In this document: piece by piece, positions 30,801 to 38,540 of the stretch
Layout of the letters: each line of letters opens with the position of its first letter
Position numbering within the stretch: position 1 is the stretch's first letter
Virus record (IMG/VR): IMGVR_UViG_3300026554_000027
Span: 1-47,288 of that record
DNA from: a virus
Length of the DNA stretch: 47,288 nt
Strand: one strand, 5' to 3'
The notes under the pieces: generated by a model
Database searches by the model: none
What the model was told of the DNA's origin: nothing
The model's input: only the letters and a program-made list of their open reading frames with translations
Program-made: the position numbers and the translations under genes

Positions 30801-33348
30801 TCGTCTGAACTGGAAAGAGAAGCCGGCGCCGCAAAACCAGATCGAGCGCAAGATTGTGCGTGCCTTGTATGACCGCTTTGCAGAAACCATCCCATCCATT
30901 CCTAAAAAGGCAAAGCCAACTGACGATGATTTGTTTCAGTTTGTTGGTGTCATGGCTTATGACAACAAGACGATTAACAAGATATGGGAAGATGCTCAAA
31001 AGGTTATAGCTGATGTGGAAACCAAATGTTACAACCTTGACGAGTTTATGGAAATCATCAATCCGCTGTACAACGAAAAGCTCGTTAGAAAACTGATGCT
31101 GGCTAACTTGAAGTCGATGGGAATAAACATCAGGGATATGATGAGAGCGCACTTTTCGCTGGAGGATGTAGCATTTGATTCATTCAGCGAAGTCTTAAGG
31201 AATAATCTCGAAAAGAATCTTTCCGTCAAAATCAGTGACGCAGACTTTGCGTATCTTGATAACATGATTCGTCAGGAAATGGAAACATCCATTGAAAACG
31301 AGAAGATTAAAATGGTTGTTGCGTTCCACAAAAAGCTTGAAAAGATGTTCAGCAAGAAAATGTCTGCCGATGACAGGAACAGGGCGATTGCAGAGCTGAC
31401 CGACATGGCTATGTCCAACGCATTTGACGAACCGTTGATTGCCGACTCTTGGAAAAAACGTCTTGGTATTAAAGATTTCACCAATGAAATGCGAGAAAGA
31501 ATCCACGAAACATTGAAACAAATTGCCGTGCTTAAACTTAATAACGGCGATCAGGATGAGATCAACAAGCTGTACGATGATATGATCCATGATATTGCCA
31601 AGTCTGCTCCGGCTGAAATGAAAGAAAAGTATTCATCTTTCAGGCGCATGGCTATGTTGCTTAATCCTGGCACGTGGGTTAGAAACTCTGTGGCAAATAA
31701 TGTCGCTGCCGCTTTCTATGGCGTGTCTGACAGGATGCAAATGTTTGCAGAGGGCAAATTGAGAATTCCATCTGAATACCGGCGTTTCTCTGGTCAGTTG
31801 ATTGATGTAAAAGGTGATAGCGATATTGCCAACGTTGTTAAGATTCGTGCAACAGACAAGTCCATGACACGTTCCATGCGACGCTCTGCCAAGTACGGCA
31901 TTGAGTCTGCTGTTGGGTATGAGAAGAACATCTTTGACAATGCAACATTGCAAGCGATCAACGATTTCTCAAAGCACATTCTATCCGGTGACTTTGAAGG
32001 TAACAGATTAAAAGTCTTGAACTTCTTGGGTGATAAGCCAGTATATGAGCACCATTATCGTGTCGCAATGGCAAACAGCCTGTCAGCACAAGGCTATTCT
32101 GAATCACTAAGTCCTGTTGCTAAAGAACAGATGATTCAACAGGCAATGGAAGTCGCAGAGAATGTTGCAACCAGGCGTGTGTTCCGTCAAATGAACTGGG
32201 TGTCTCAAAAACTGCTCAACCTTAAAAAGACCAACAAGGTTGCCGATGCTGTGATCTCTGTCATGCAGCCGTTTATCATCACACCCACGGCTGTTGCATA
32301 TGAAGCGTATCGATTCTCCCCTGTCGCGCTTGCCGTGGAAACTGGGAAATTGATTACAAGTGGAATATCGAATAAAGGGATTCAAAACATTCCTGTTGAA
32401 ACCAGAATGAAGATTGCGGAGAGCTTGCCACAAGCATTGACAGGAACGGTCGGGCAAGTTGTCATTGGCTATTTGCTTGCTTCGTTTGGTTTCCTTACTG
32501 CTGGTTGGCCTGACAGCGAAAAAGAACGTGAACAATGGAAGCTGCAAGGCAAGAGTCCGTATTCTCTGTATATTCCAAATGTCGGATCGTTCTCCATTGA
32601 TTGGGCACAACCAGTTGCTGTTGGCATTACAATGGGAGCTCAATTCCAGCAAAGCAAAGGCGATCCGTCAAAGATTTCGGAAGCCATGTTCAACTCTCTG
32701 CTTGGCGGTTCCATCATTGAAAACTTCACTAAGTCTTATGGAAAGGATGTGTGGACAAGTATTGCTGTAGACACGGCAACAGACGGCATTATTCAGAACT
32801 TCCCAACGTTATTAAAAAAAGTTGGAGACTCGATTGATCCGTTTGAACGTGACGTTTATCAAGGAAGTGCGTTGAATATCTTGGGCAACCGTGCATTGTC
32901 GTATATTCCTGGCGGTTCATATTTTATTCCTGCCAAGGTTGATGTGTGGGGCAATCCTATTCAGAAGACTCAAACAGAAGGCGTTGCTGGAGCAGCAGTC
33001 AGAACGGTTCGTGCGTTGCTCTTGCCGTTTACCGTCAAGGAATCCAACATGGACGACACAACACGCAAGGTGTACGATGTGTTCAAGGCCAGCGGAAAGT
33101 CAGATGCTTTGCCTAAAGTCGCTCCGCAAAAGTTTACATACAACAAGGTCGACTACGAGCTGGACGGAAAAGAGTATGTTTTATTCCAGCAGGAGCTTGG
33201 AACCAGAAGCAAGTCGCTTGTGGACTCTGTTATAAACAAACCTGAATTTGGCGAAATGAGTCCTGAATTACAGGCAAAAGTTTTAGCGAGAATGTATTCT
33301 CGTGCTCTTGAACAAGCAAAAGCAACAATCGTACAAAAGATTAGTTGA
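27850..33348 (+). CDS. giant virion protein (1832 aa; putative internal core / DNA-ejection protein)
   Basis: Single ORF. G/A-rich hydrophobic segments near the N-terminus and at aa 1520-1560, a K/E-rich helical middle containing an internal 130-aa duplication. Confidence 0.6.
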   Translation: MAKEDYLFTLSNGKLSEAQVNALNKSDYLFSINKHFTPEEKVPFTGWDNSSLASNAQKIKIPEVTTAINKAQTASTSLLDKYRASFVQKTPQELATNPVSKFFQGVSSGFINGAVDVVRGAGTVIEAGVGKIADDIKTGRFVDNLTKMPGDTQALKDDWSRFIDKRKETKIDATLAPAISTVRQGMVQESKAAQAGSFVGGAGAYATLAGASGLVGVAPLFLSSLDNSISTIEAEGKDIKTLDAMARAFGTAAVEVGTEYLFNVLGGMGSKGAAIAARSTIGRSALSRVTGVYDNMAIKASSMFGKFVASTPNPTLTKYVSFLLAKGNEEGFEELASYIGSGMIQLWTTDKDKKPSEVMNAKDAATNYLLGGVMGFAISAVNNVDGLLASMPQSKAKIDSISSKPITEVTADEMSDVINTIAEEGQAPIVQNITSQMAQKAASVAETVNATADTEYAEEIAKPVEQATAPAQINVDETLASINSNIEEFINTQQDAPSDWKAEFMRKFSLQHLALKSLAQRIDMEAPEGKRLSEHIRKLEKLISSRVSNPRIRNLVEEYLSDKYIFHNIVTDQMAEEEARKIPTDDLGWKRLYKRLGNSQYAPTKAEAIVVYDEMTRLMSLTNPTDAEIATLGKLEQIVMKKSSLAGSALQAWSYIAKRTPEYEASMIIKKAEPMFDTAKTKQGREVVNGLVDDSKKARKKAADDTADKIQKDIDESGKIEDEFSAFSDVMSKEEFEEPEGLPTELEGIIGDFEEVSGESIEKEPTMEETLAKKIRKDFNKVAKTTKEKTKADEIVDYLFKAYKDVVPTAKEKKAPKTDEERFAFIAQVMMDKTVYDEVWSKAKDIVGEFAEGDETFEPFFAKFDSLYRTQLVKSAVRMNLKSMGISLNKIAKEYYLGNRNATVSGFMDSLKTNLRKSVGDQMSTYDFNFLFDQVYKELSAQIETKKEAIMKAEEERIAKEKAKADKKKKDLLTSSQIAKLIKNRLNWKEKPAPQNQIERKIVRALYDRFAETIPSIPKKAKPTDDDLFQFVGVMAYDNKTINKIWEDAQKVIADVETKCYNLDEFMEIINPLYNEKLVRKLMLANLKSMGINIRDMMRAHFSLEDVAFDSFSEVLRNNLEKNLSVKISDADFAYLDNMIRQEMETSIENEKIKMVVAFHKKLEKMFSKKMSADDRNRAIAELTDMAMSNAFDEPLIADSWKKRLGIKDFTNEMRERIHETLKQIAVLKLNNGDQDEINKLYDDMIHDIAKSAPAEMKEKYSSFRRMAMLLNPGTWVRNSVANNVAAAFYGVSDRMQMFAEGKLRIPSEYRRFSGQLIDVKGDSDIANVVKIRATDKSMTRSMRRSAKYGIESAVGYEKNIFDNATLQAINDFSKHILSGDFEGNRLKVLNFLGDKPVYEHHYRVAMANSLSAQGYSESLSPVAKEQMIQQAMEVAENVATRRVFRQMNWVSQKLLNLKKTNKVADAVISVMQPFIITPTAVAYEAYRFSPVALAVETGKLITSGISNKGIQNIPVETRMKIAESLPQALTGTVGQVVIGYLLASFGFLTAGWPDSEKEREQWKLQGKSPYSLYIPNVGSFSIDWAQPVAVGITMGAQFQQSKGDPSKISEAMFNSLLGGSIIENFTKSYGKDVWTSIAVDTATDGIIQNFPTLLKKVGDSIDPFERDVYQGSALNILGNRALSYIPGGSYFIPAKVDVWGNPIQKTQTEGVAGAAVRTVRALLLPFTVKESNMDDTTRKVYDVFKASGKSDALPKVAPQKFTYNKVDYELDGKEYVLFQQELGTRSKSLVDSVINKPEFGEMSPELQAKVLARMYSRALEQAKATIVQKIS

Positions 33349-33381
33349 TTGTTGCCTATGATAAAATAGGAGGTGAACAGT

Positions 33382-33519
33382 ATGCCGCTTAAAAAAGGGT
33401 CTAGCAAAGCAGTCGTTTCGGCTAACATCAAAACTGAAATGGCACATGGCAAGCCTCAAAAGCAAGCCATCGCAACAGCCCTAAGCAAAGCTGGTAAATC
33501 TAAACGAAAAGGGAAATGA
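33382..33519 (+). CDS. small basic protein (45 aa)
   Basis: TAGGAGGTG RBS. Sequence MPLKKGSSKAVVSANIKTEMAHGKPQKQAIATALSKAGKSKRKGK. Confidence 0.5.
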   Translation: MPLKKGSSKAVVSANIKTEMAHGKPQKQAIATALSKAGKSKRKGK

Positions 33520-33523
33520 CAAC

Positions 33524-33862
33524 ATGGAATCAGCTTTAATCGCAGAAGCAACAAAACAAGGTCTTGGCTACTTAATGTTCATCTTCCTGTTTGTATGGGT
33601 GATGAGAAAGAACGAAAAGCACGAAGCTAAAAGCGAAGAACGAGAAATCAAGTATCAGGACTTTGTTGCAAAGTTGCAGAATGAGATTAGCTGTACAACG
33701 AGTAACACTCATACCGTTCTGTCCGGCGTTGCTGACGATGTTGAGAAGATTCACGATACCGTCAAGAAGGTTCAAGTCAAGACGGACGAGATTGACAAAA
33801 AGCTCGATAGGGTGAATCATAAGCTAAAGACTGCCGAAGCTATGGCAGACACAGATTATTAA
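33524..33862 (+). CDS. BhlA/UviB-like holin-type membrane protein
   Basis: One N-terminal TM helix (GLGYLMFIFLFVWVM), then RKNEKHEAKSEEREIKYQ and a coiled coil, as in BhlA-family proteins. Confidence 0.5.
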   Translation: MESALIAEATKQGLGYLMFIFLFVWVMRKNEKHEAKSEEREIKYQDFVAKLQNEISCTTSNTHTVLSGVADDVEKIHDTVKKVQVKTDEIDKKLDRVNHKLKTAEAMADTDY

Positions 33863-33872
33863 GGAGAGTAAC

Positions 33873-34064
33873 ATGGAACTTCAATCGCGTTGGTCATCGC
33901 CTGTTTTCTGGAGTGGCATCGCTACTCAAATTATTGCTATCTTGACATGGGCCAATGTAATCGATTTGTCGCAGTCTGAAATCATCAAAGGGATTGTTAT
34001 TGCTGTTTGTGAACTGTGGGTTATGTTCTCACAACAGAACAGCCCTGAATTGAAAACGTGGTGA
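33873..34064 (+). CDS. holin (two TM segments)
   Basis: 63 aa with two hydrophobic helices, immediately upstream of the endolysin. AAGGAGAG RBS. Confidence 0.6.
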   Translation: MELQSRWSSPVFWSGIATQIIAILTWANVIDLSQSEIIKGIVIAVCELWVMFSQQNSPELKTW

Positions 34065-34069
34065 TTGAT

Positions 34070-35245
34070 ATGCCATTAAAAGGTATCGATGTAAGCTCGC
34101 ATCAGGGCCAGTTTCCGTGGTCGCTTGTCAAGCCACAGATAGACTTTGCTATCTTGCGTTCTTCTCACGGGATGAACGAGAAAGACGTTCAGTTTGAGCG
34201 CAACTACGCAGAGTGCAAGCGGCTTGGAATCCCTGTCGGCGTGTATCACTACTTCTACTATTCAGACTACGGCAAGCACCTTCTTGAGATGCAGAACTTT
34301 TTGTCGGTTATAACCGGAAAAACTTTCGATTTCCCTGCTTTTATCGATTACGAAGAGGGAAACTTTTTGACTCCTGCCAAGTTGGGCTATCTGTCAAAAG
34401 ATACAATCACACGCTATGCAAAAGAAGATATCGCCAAACTGAAAGCTCGTGGTTTCCGGGCTGGTATCTATGCTAATACGAACTGGCTGACAAACAAGGT
34501 AGACGCTACGAAGATCGATGCTGACATGGTATGGCTCGCACAGTATGCTTCCAAGCCAACCTATAAAGGTGAGTACGACATCTGGCAATTCACCTCGAAA
34601 GGCACTATCGCTGGTTTTTCTGGCAATCTGGATGTAAACTACTACTATCCTTCTGTCGATCAAGGCGTTGTTGCTCCTGTCAAACTGGGCGAAAAGTCTT
34701 CACGTGTTGTAAAGATGCAGACGCTGTTGAAACAGAAAGCGTATAAGATTGCTACGGACGGCGTATTTGGCAATCAAACCATTACTATTCTTAAGGCGTT
34801 CCAAACAGACAACAATCTAAAACCGGATGGCGTTTGTGGTGTCAAAACATGGGAGAAGCTCGACTCAGTTATTCGATATTCTCGAAAGACTGACGGCGAG
34901 AAGTATGTTTCCAAGAACTTTCAGGTCAAAGAGTTTGCTTGCAAGGATGGTTCAGATGAAGTCTTGATCTGCAAAGTAAATGTCGAAAGACTGCAAGCGT
35001 TCAGGGACAAGATTGGTAAGCCTATCCACATCAATTCAGGCTATCGAACTGTTGCCTACAACAAGAGCGTGGGAGGGGCGTCAGACAGCTTGCACACGTT
35101 CGGCTATGCTGTAGACTTCTATGTGGATGGAATGAGCCCTGCATCCGTCTACGGCTCTCTGACAGGCACTCACAAAGGTGGGTTAGGGAAGTACCGGACA
35201 TTCACCCACATTGATTCAGGCAGACGCAGACGGTGGTTCGGATAA
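34070..35245 (+). CDS. endolysin: GH25 muramidase + PG_binding_1 + peptidase M15-like domain
   Basis: GIDVSSHQG...GVYHYFY (GH25). LLKQKAYKIATDGVFGNQTITILKAFQTDNNLKPDGVCGVKTWEKL (PG-binding). SGYRTVAYNKSVGGASDSLHTFGYAVDF...THID (M15/zinc D-Ala-D-Ala-type). An in-frame GTG at 34058 is an alternative start. Confidence 0.9.
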   Translation: MPLKGIDVSSHQGQFPWSLVKPQIDFAILRSSHGMNEKDVQFERNYAECKRLGIPVGVYHYFYYSDYGKHLLEMQNFLSVITGKTFDFPAFIDYEEGNFLTPAKLGYLSKDTITRYAKEDIAKLKARGFRAGIYANTNWLTNKVDATKIDADMVWLAQYASKPTYKGEYDIWQFTSKGTIAGFSGNLDVNYYYPSVDQGVVAPVKLGEKSSRVVKMQTLLKQKAYKIATDGVFGNQTITILKAFQTDNNLKPDGVCGVKTWEKLDSVIRYSRKTDGEKYVSKNFQVKEFACKDGSDEVLICKVNVERLQAFRDKIGKPIHINSGYRTVAYNKSVGGASDSLHTFGYAVDFYVDGMSPASVYGSLTGTHKGGLGKYRTFTHIDSGRRRRWFG

Positions 35246-35248
35246 TAA

Positions 35249-35284
35249 AGAAAGAGGTGGCGTAAAAACCACCTCTCTTTTTAT
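35249..35284. terminator. bidirectional intrinsic terminator at the convergence of the two arms
   Basis: AGAGGTGG-cgtaaaaa-CCACCTCT stem with T-runs on both strands. Confidence 0.8.
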
Positions 35285-35571
35285 GCGTTGATAATCTCGA
35301 TCAATTGTTCTTCCAGTTGCTTTACTGCATCCAACACTTCTTGATACGTTGCAGACTTCCAATTATCACCAAGACAGTCTTGAATAGCCTTGTTCTCATC
35401 ACCTTCGCTGTAATCTCCGCTGTCCACCCATTCAATGTCGTGCATAGCTTTGGCTACTTTGGCGAGGTGTTTTACAAACGCTTTTCTTAATGGGGTGTTT
35501 GCTCGTCTGTCTAAATCCCTTATAAAACCATCCATATCCCTGTATGCGTAGTCGTAACTTCCACCGCTCAT
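35281..35571 (-). CDS. hypothetical protein
   Basis: ATG at 35571 with a GGAGG RBS. 96 aa. Confidence 0.6.
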   Translation of the reverse strand: MSGGSYDYAYRDMDGFIRDLDRRANTPLRKAFVKHLAKVAKAMHDIEWVDSGDYSEGDENKAIQDCLGDNWKSATYQEVLDAVKQLEEQLIEIINA

Positions 35572-35747
35572 TGTCCGGCCTCCTGCTTGTCCAGCCATGC
35601 TTCAATCTTTCTATAGACCCTCAATATCAGCTCGTTATGCTCATCGACCTTTCGTGTGTACAAGCGTAACTGCATGGCGTTCTGTGTCAACCTAATGATT
35701 TGAGTCAACACAAGTGCTGTTGTGATGATTGCCAAGTATGTGTTCAT
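35568..35747 (-). CDS. small membrane protein (59 aa)
   Basis: GAGGTGGAAGG RBS. N-terminal TM helix NTYLAIITTALVLTQII. ATGA overlaps at both ends. Confidence 0.45.
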   Translation of the reverse strand: MNTYLAIITTALVLTQIIRLTQNAMQLRLYTRKVDEHNELILRVYRKIEAWLDKQEAGQ

Positions 35748-35968
35748 AATCCTTCCACCTCACTTAGATACTCTCTAAACACTCCAGAAACCGTTTTAAG
35801 CACCTTCTCTGTCGAGATCATGTCGCATGACTTGCCTGACCTGTAAGGGCACTTCTCGATGCCTTGTTGCTCGTCAGAATCGCATTGGCTCCTGCCTTGA
35901 CATAAATCTCTCATGTCTGCCCACAAAACAACCATCTTCATTCCGTTCAAAACCTTGTCTGTGTTCAT
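35744..35968 (-). CDS. hypothetical protein
   Basis: 74-aa ORF with ATG start, coupled to its neighbours. Confidence 0.55.
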   Translation of the reverse strand: MNTDKVLNGMKMVVLWADMRDLCQGRSQCDSDEQQGIEKCPYRSGKSCDMISTEKVLKTVSGVFREYLSEVEGL

Positions 35969-36225
35969 GCTTGCAACGCCTTTCTTTTCTGATAATCTGC
36001 TTTCCGTTTTGCGCTGATAATGTCTTTGTTCTTTTCTCTGTACGCTTTCTGGTACGCCTTGATCTTTGCCTTGTTTTTTTGCTGATACTTTTTAATCCGC
36101 TTCAAGACCTTTAATCGGTTGTTTTTGTAATGGATTCTGTGTCTTTCTCGATCTCTTTCTGCGTGTTCATCTTTGATGCAATCAGGATAGGGGCAAGTCG
36201 AGCAGTCATCGTGCGTGCATTTCAT
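35965..36225 (-). CDS. CSTCPYPDC-motif basic protein (paralogue of 4668..4937)
   Basis: MKCTHDDCSTCPYPDC followed by K/R/Y-rich repeats. GAGGAGG RBS at the internal ATG 36225. Confidence 0.6.
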   Translation of the reverse strand: MKCTHDDCSTCPYPDCIKDEHAERDRERHRIHYKNNRLKVLKRIKKYQQKNKAKIKAYQKAYREKNKDIISAKRKADYQKRKALQA

Positions 36226-36479
36226 TCTTCCTCCTCTTGCAGTTTTCTTCCGCACATCGGACAATAGTTTGGGTCTACACTTTGTTGCTTGCAATATTTT
36301 AACTGAATCCACACCAACATCTGTTCTTCTTCATCGCAAAACTCACACGGATTGATCCTATCTTTCTTCTCAAACGCTTCAATCACTTCTTTGGCTTCGT
36401 TTAAAGGCATTTCGTAGCCATATTCAACTGCACCGGTGTTAACAAATTCTTTAAGGTCTTTTATAATTTCACTAATCAT
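36222..36479 (-). CDS. hypothetical zinc-ribbon protein
   Basis: CEFCDEE...CPMCG. 85 aa. Confidence 0.6.
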   Translation of the reverse strand: MISEIIKDLKEFVNTGAVEYGYEMPLNEAKEVIEAFEKKDRINPCEFCDEEEQMLVWIQLKYCKQQSVDPNYCPMCGRKLQEEEE

Positions 36480-37093
36480 TATTTGTACTCCCTTAGCACA
36501 ATCTCGATTCGTTCTTCGCCTTTCGGCACTATATACATTCTACTACCGTCAAACGACCTGATGCAAGGATCACTTGTGGAACGTATCAGCACTCGCATTT
36601 CAATCAACAGCTTCTCTATAACAGCGCAGAATCTAGGCAACGTACCGCCGTTATCTTCCGTCACGTATGCCTTGACGATACAATGCACGTGTCCGTAGTA
36701 TGGGAACTTGACTCCGGCTTTCTTGAACTTGCGATAATCCTTGATGTTCTTCCTGACAGCCTGTAGCATGGTAGAGAACCTAAAGTTGAACTTCTTCTTG
36801 ATGTTGCCATACGTGTCTATCTCTACCTCTTGCCCTTTCCATTCTCCAGGACATTCCCTAGGGATCACCAACGAGTAGATCATCTGTGTGCCTTGCTCTG
36901 CTTTGCTTGAAAGAGAATCGCTGTCGTTGACGTGTTCTACAATGTAGTCTGCCCAATCTTCCGGTATGCCCATTGAGATGACACTTCCATTTGCCGCCGT
37001 GAGATAATTTGCAACACCTGACGTTCCGCTTTTCCCAACAACGATTGTCTTGCGTTTCTCAATCGGTATCAGCAGAAGTTTGTCGAAACTCAT
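36479..37093 (-). CDS. hypothetical protein
   Basis: 204-aa ORF, coupled to its neighbours. I recognised no motif. Confidence 0.6.
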   Translation of the reverse strand: MSFDKLLLIPIEKRKTIVVGKSGTSGVANYLTAANGSVISMGIPEDWADYIVEHVNDSDSLSSKAEQGTQMIYSLVIPRECPGEWKGQEVEIDTYGNIKKKFNFRFSTMLQAVRKNIKDYRKFKKAGVKFPYYGHVHCIVKAYVTEDNGGTLPRFCAVIEKLLIEMRVLIRSTSDPCIRSFDGSRMYIVPKGEERIEIVLREYK

Positions 37094-37323
37094 AGCATCA
37101 ATTGCTCCAATTGTTGTTGTTCGATTGCATCAATCCGTGGCTGTCGCATGAAATCTTCTAAGCGTTGCTTTGACTTTGCATAGTAGTCTGGATCAAGTTC
37201 AAACCCTTTTCCGAATGATGCCGTGCTATTGTTCGGTTGTTTGTTTCCCATTTCAAACTCCATCGCATTGTTGTGTGTTTTCATCGGCTTTTCAATAATC
37301 TTGCTGTAATCCATGTATGCCAT
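37090..37323 (-). CDS. hypothetical protein; its C-terminal half resembles the end of N4/N6 DNA methyltransferases
   Basis: GKGFELDPDYYAKSKQRLEDF resembles the ...GIE(I/L)DpeYyeiAkkRLe tail of DNA methylases. No catalytic motifs are present. Confidence 0.5.
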   Translation of the reverse strand: MAYMDYSKIIEKPMKTHNNAMEFEMGNKQPNNSTASFGKGFELDPDYYAKSKQRLEDFMRQPRIDAIEQQQLEQLML

Positions 37324-37344
37324 TGTTTATTCCTCTCTGTTTAT

Positions 37345-37368
37345 TGCTTAATTGGTCACGATTGTGAA
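37345..37368 (-). repeat. 24-nt intercistronic element, copy F (TTCACAATCGTGACCAATTAAGCA)
   Basis: GTGACCAATT subfamily. Upstream of 37090..37323. Confidence 0.75.
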
Positions 37369-37378
37369 CTTGCTATTG

Positions 37379-38125
37379 TTATTTGTTCCACGGAAATTCT
37401 TGAATAAATTCATCTCCCATAAGCTGCCTCAATGATTCTTTCATAAACACCGGAATGTTGTTTTCTTCGCAAACGTTCATAATGTTTTCTATCCATGTTT
37501 TTTCTGGAATTATCTTTTCCTTGCTATTTCCGGTTTCAGCGCCAATAATCACCCAATCCGCAAATGGGATTCTTATTCTATTGCGAATCTTAATTGGTTC
37601 AAGGATTGGCTCAATGCTCATGAATCTATTTCCACTTATCAACATTTGAGCGAGATTATATTCAGAGTCTTGAGTCGTTATACTTGTTCCGCACCACCAA
37701 TTTCTATGTTCTTTAAACTCTTTATCAAACGCAGCTGTCCGAGAAGCATTCTTGGTTAGGAATAAATACCTGTGCTGCGGGGCTTCTTCGCACGCTTTGA
37801 AAACTTCGCTGATCCATTGGTCAGGAACCCATTCTCCAAACAAATCAGACATTGAACATACAAATATTGTTTGTGGAACCTTCTTATTCTTTGGATCATC
37901 GAGCCTATATCTATGCAACGTAGGTTCAAATCCAAATGGATACGGATCAACACCTTTATAACCGTCAAATCTTTTGTCTAAAACATTTATGCCATTTCCA
38001 TAAGGCATGTATTTGTTTCCGAATCTGTTGGCTATTTTTCGAGCGTAGCAATATTCACAATCGTGTAAACATCCTGTAATTGGATTCCATGTCATATCTG
38101 CCCAGTCTATTTTTGTTTTATTCAT
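37379..38125 (-). CDS. phage Gp37/Gp68 family protein (DUF5131)
   Basis: N-terminal KIDWADMTWNPITGCLHDCEYCYA is the family signature. Confidence 0.85.
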   Translation of the reverse strand: MNKTKIDWADMTWNPITGCLHDCEYCYARKIANRFGNKYMPYGNGINVLDKRFDGYKGVDPYPFGFEPTLHRYRLDDPKNKKVPQTIFVCSMSDLFGEWVPDQWISEVFKACEEAPQHRYLFLTKNASRTAAFDKEFKEHRNWWCGTSITTQDSEYNLAQMLISGNRFMSIEPILEPIKIRNRIRIPFADWVIIGAETGNSKEKIIPEKTWIENIMNVCEENNIPVFMKESLRQLMGDEFIQEFPWNK

Positions 38126-38156
38126 ATCAACCTCACTTTCTAACTTTCAAAGTTAG

Positions 38157-38180
38157 TTCGCCATTTCGCTCAACTGCGAC
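38157..38180 (-). repeat. degenerate copy I of the intercistronic element (GTCGCAGTTGAGCGAAATGGCGAA)
   Basis: Directly follows the stop of 38181..38540. Followed by the hairpin CTAACTT-tga-AAGTTAG (38140..38156). Confidence 0.6.
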
Positions 38181-38540
38181 TCACACCTCTGTAATTGTCA
38201 GCGGATAATACCGCTTCTCGAATAGTTTGACCTTTTGCAAATAAGCAGGTAGCTTTCTAAATCCTTTTGAGTCCTCGACTGTCATAAACTCTGCTACGTC
38301 ATTGTTGGCTATCTTGAAATAAGTGAAGTCTGCGATGTACTTTATTTCACGAATCTTCTTGCCGTTCCCGTTGACGTAAGCATCATGCAGGACGAACGGA
38401 ACCTGTCGTTCAAGTAAGCATATCTCACCTCTCTTTTGCATGGCGACCAGCTCTAGCCACCTCTTGTATTCCCTCTTGCTATCCCATTTAATCCCATCTG
38501 CTTCAAACTTCTTGGCGTTGTACTTCGGTCTGCTCAGCAT
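38181..38540 (-). CDS. DUF1064 protein (putative endonuclease/resolvase)
   Basis: KYNAKKFEADGIKWDSKREYKRWLELVAMQKRGEI..LERQVPFVL matches the DUF1064 pattern. Confidence 0.75.
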   Translation of the reverse strand: MLSRPKYNAKKFEADGIKWDSKREYKRWLELVAMQKRGEICLLERQVPFVLHDAYVNGNGKKIREIKYIADFTYFKIANNDVAEFMTVEDSKGFRKLPAYLQKVKLFEKRYYPLTITEV

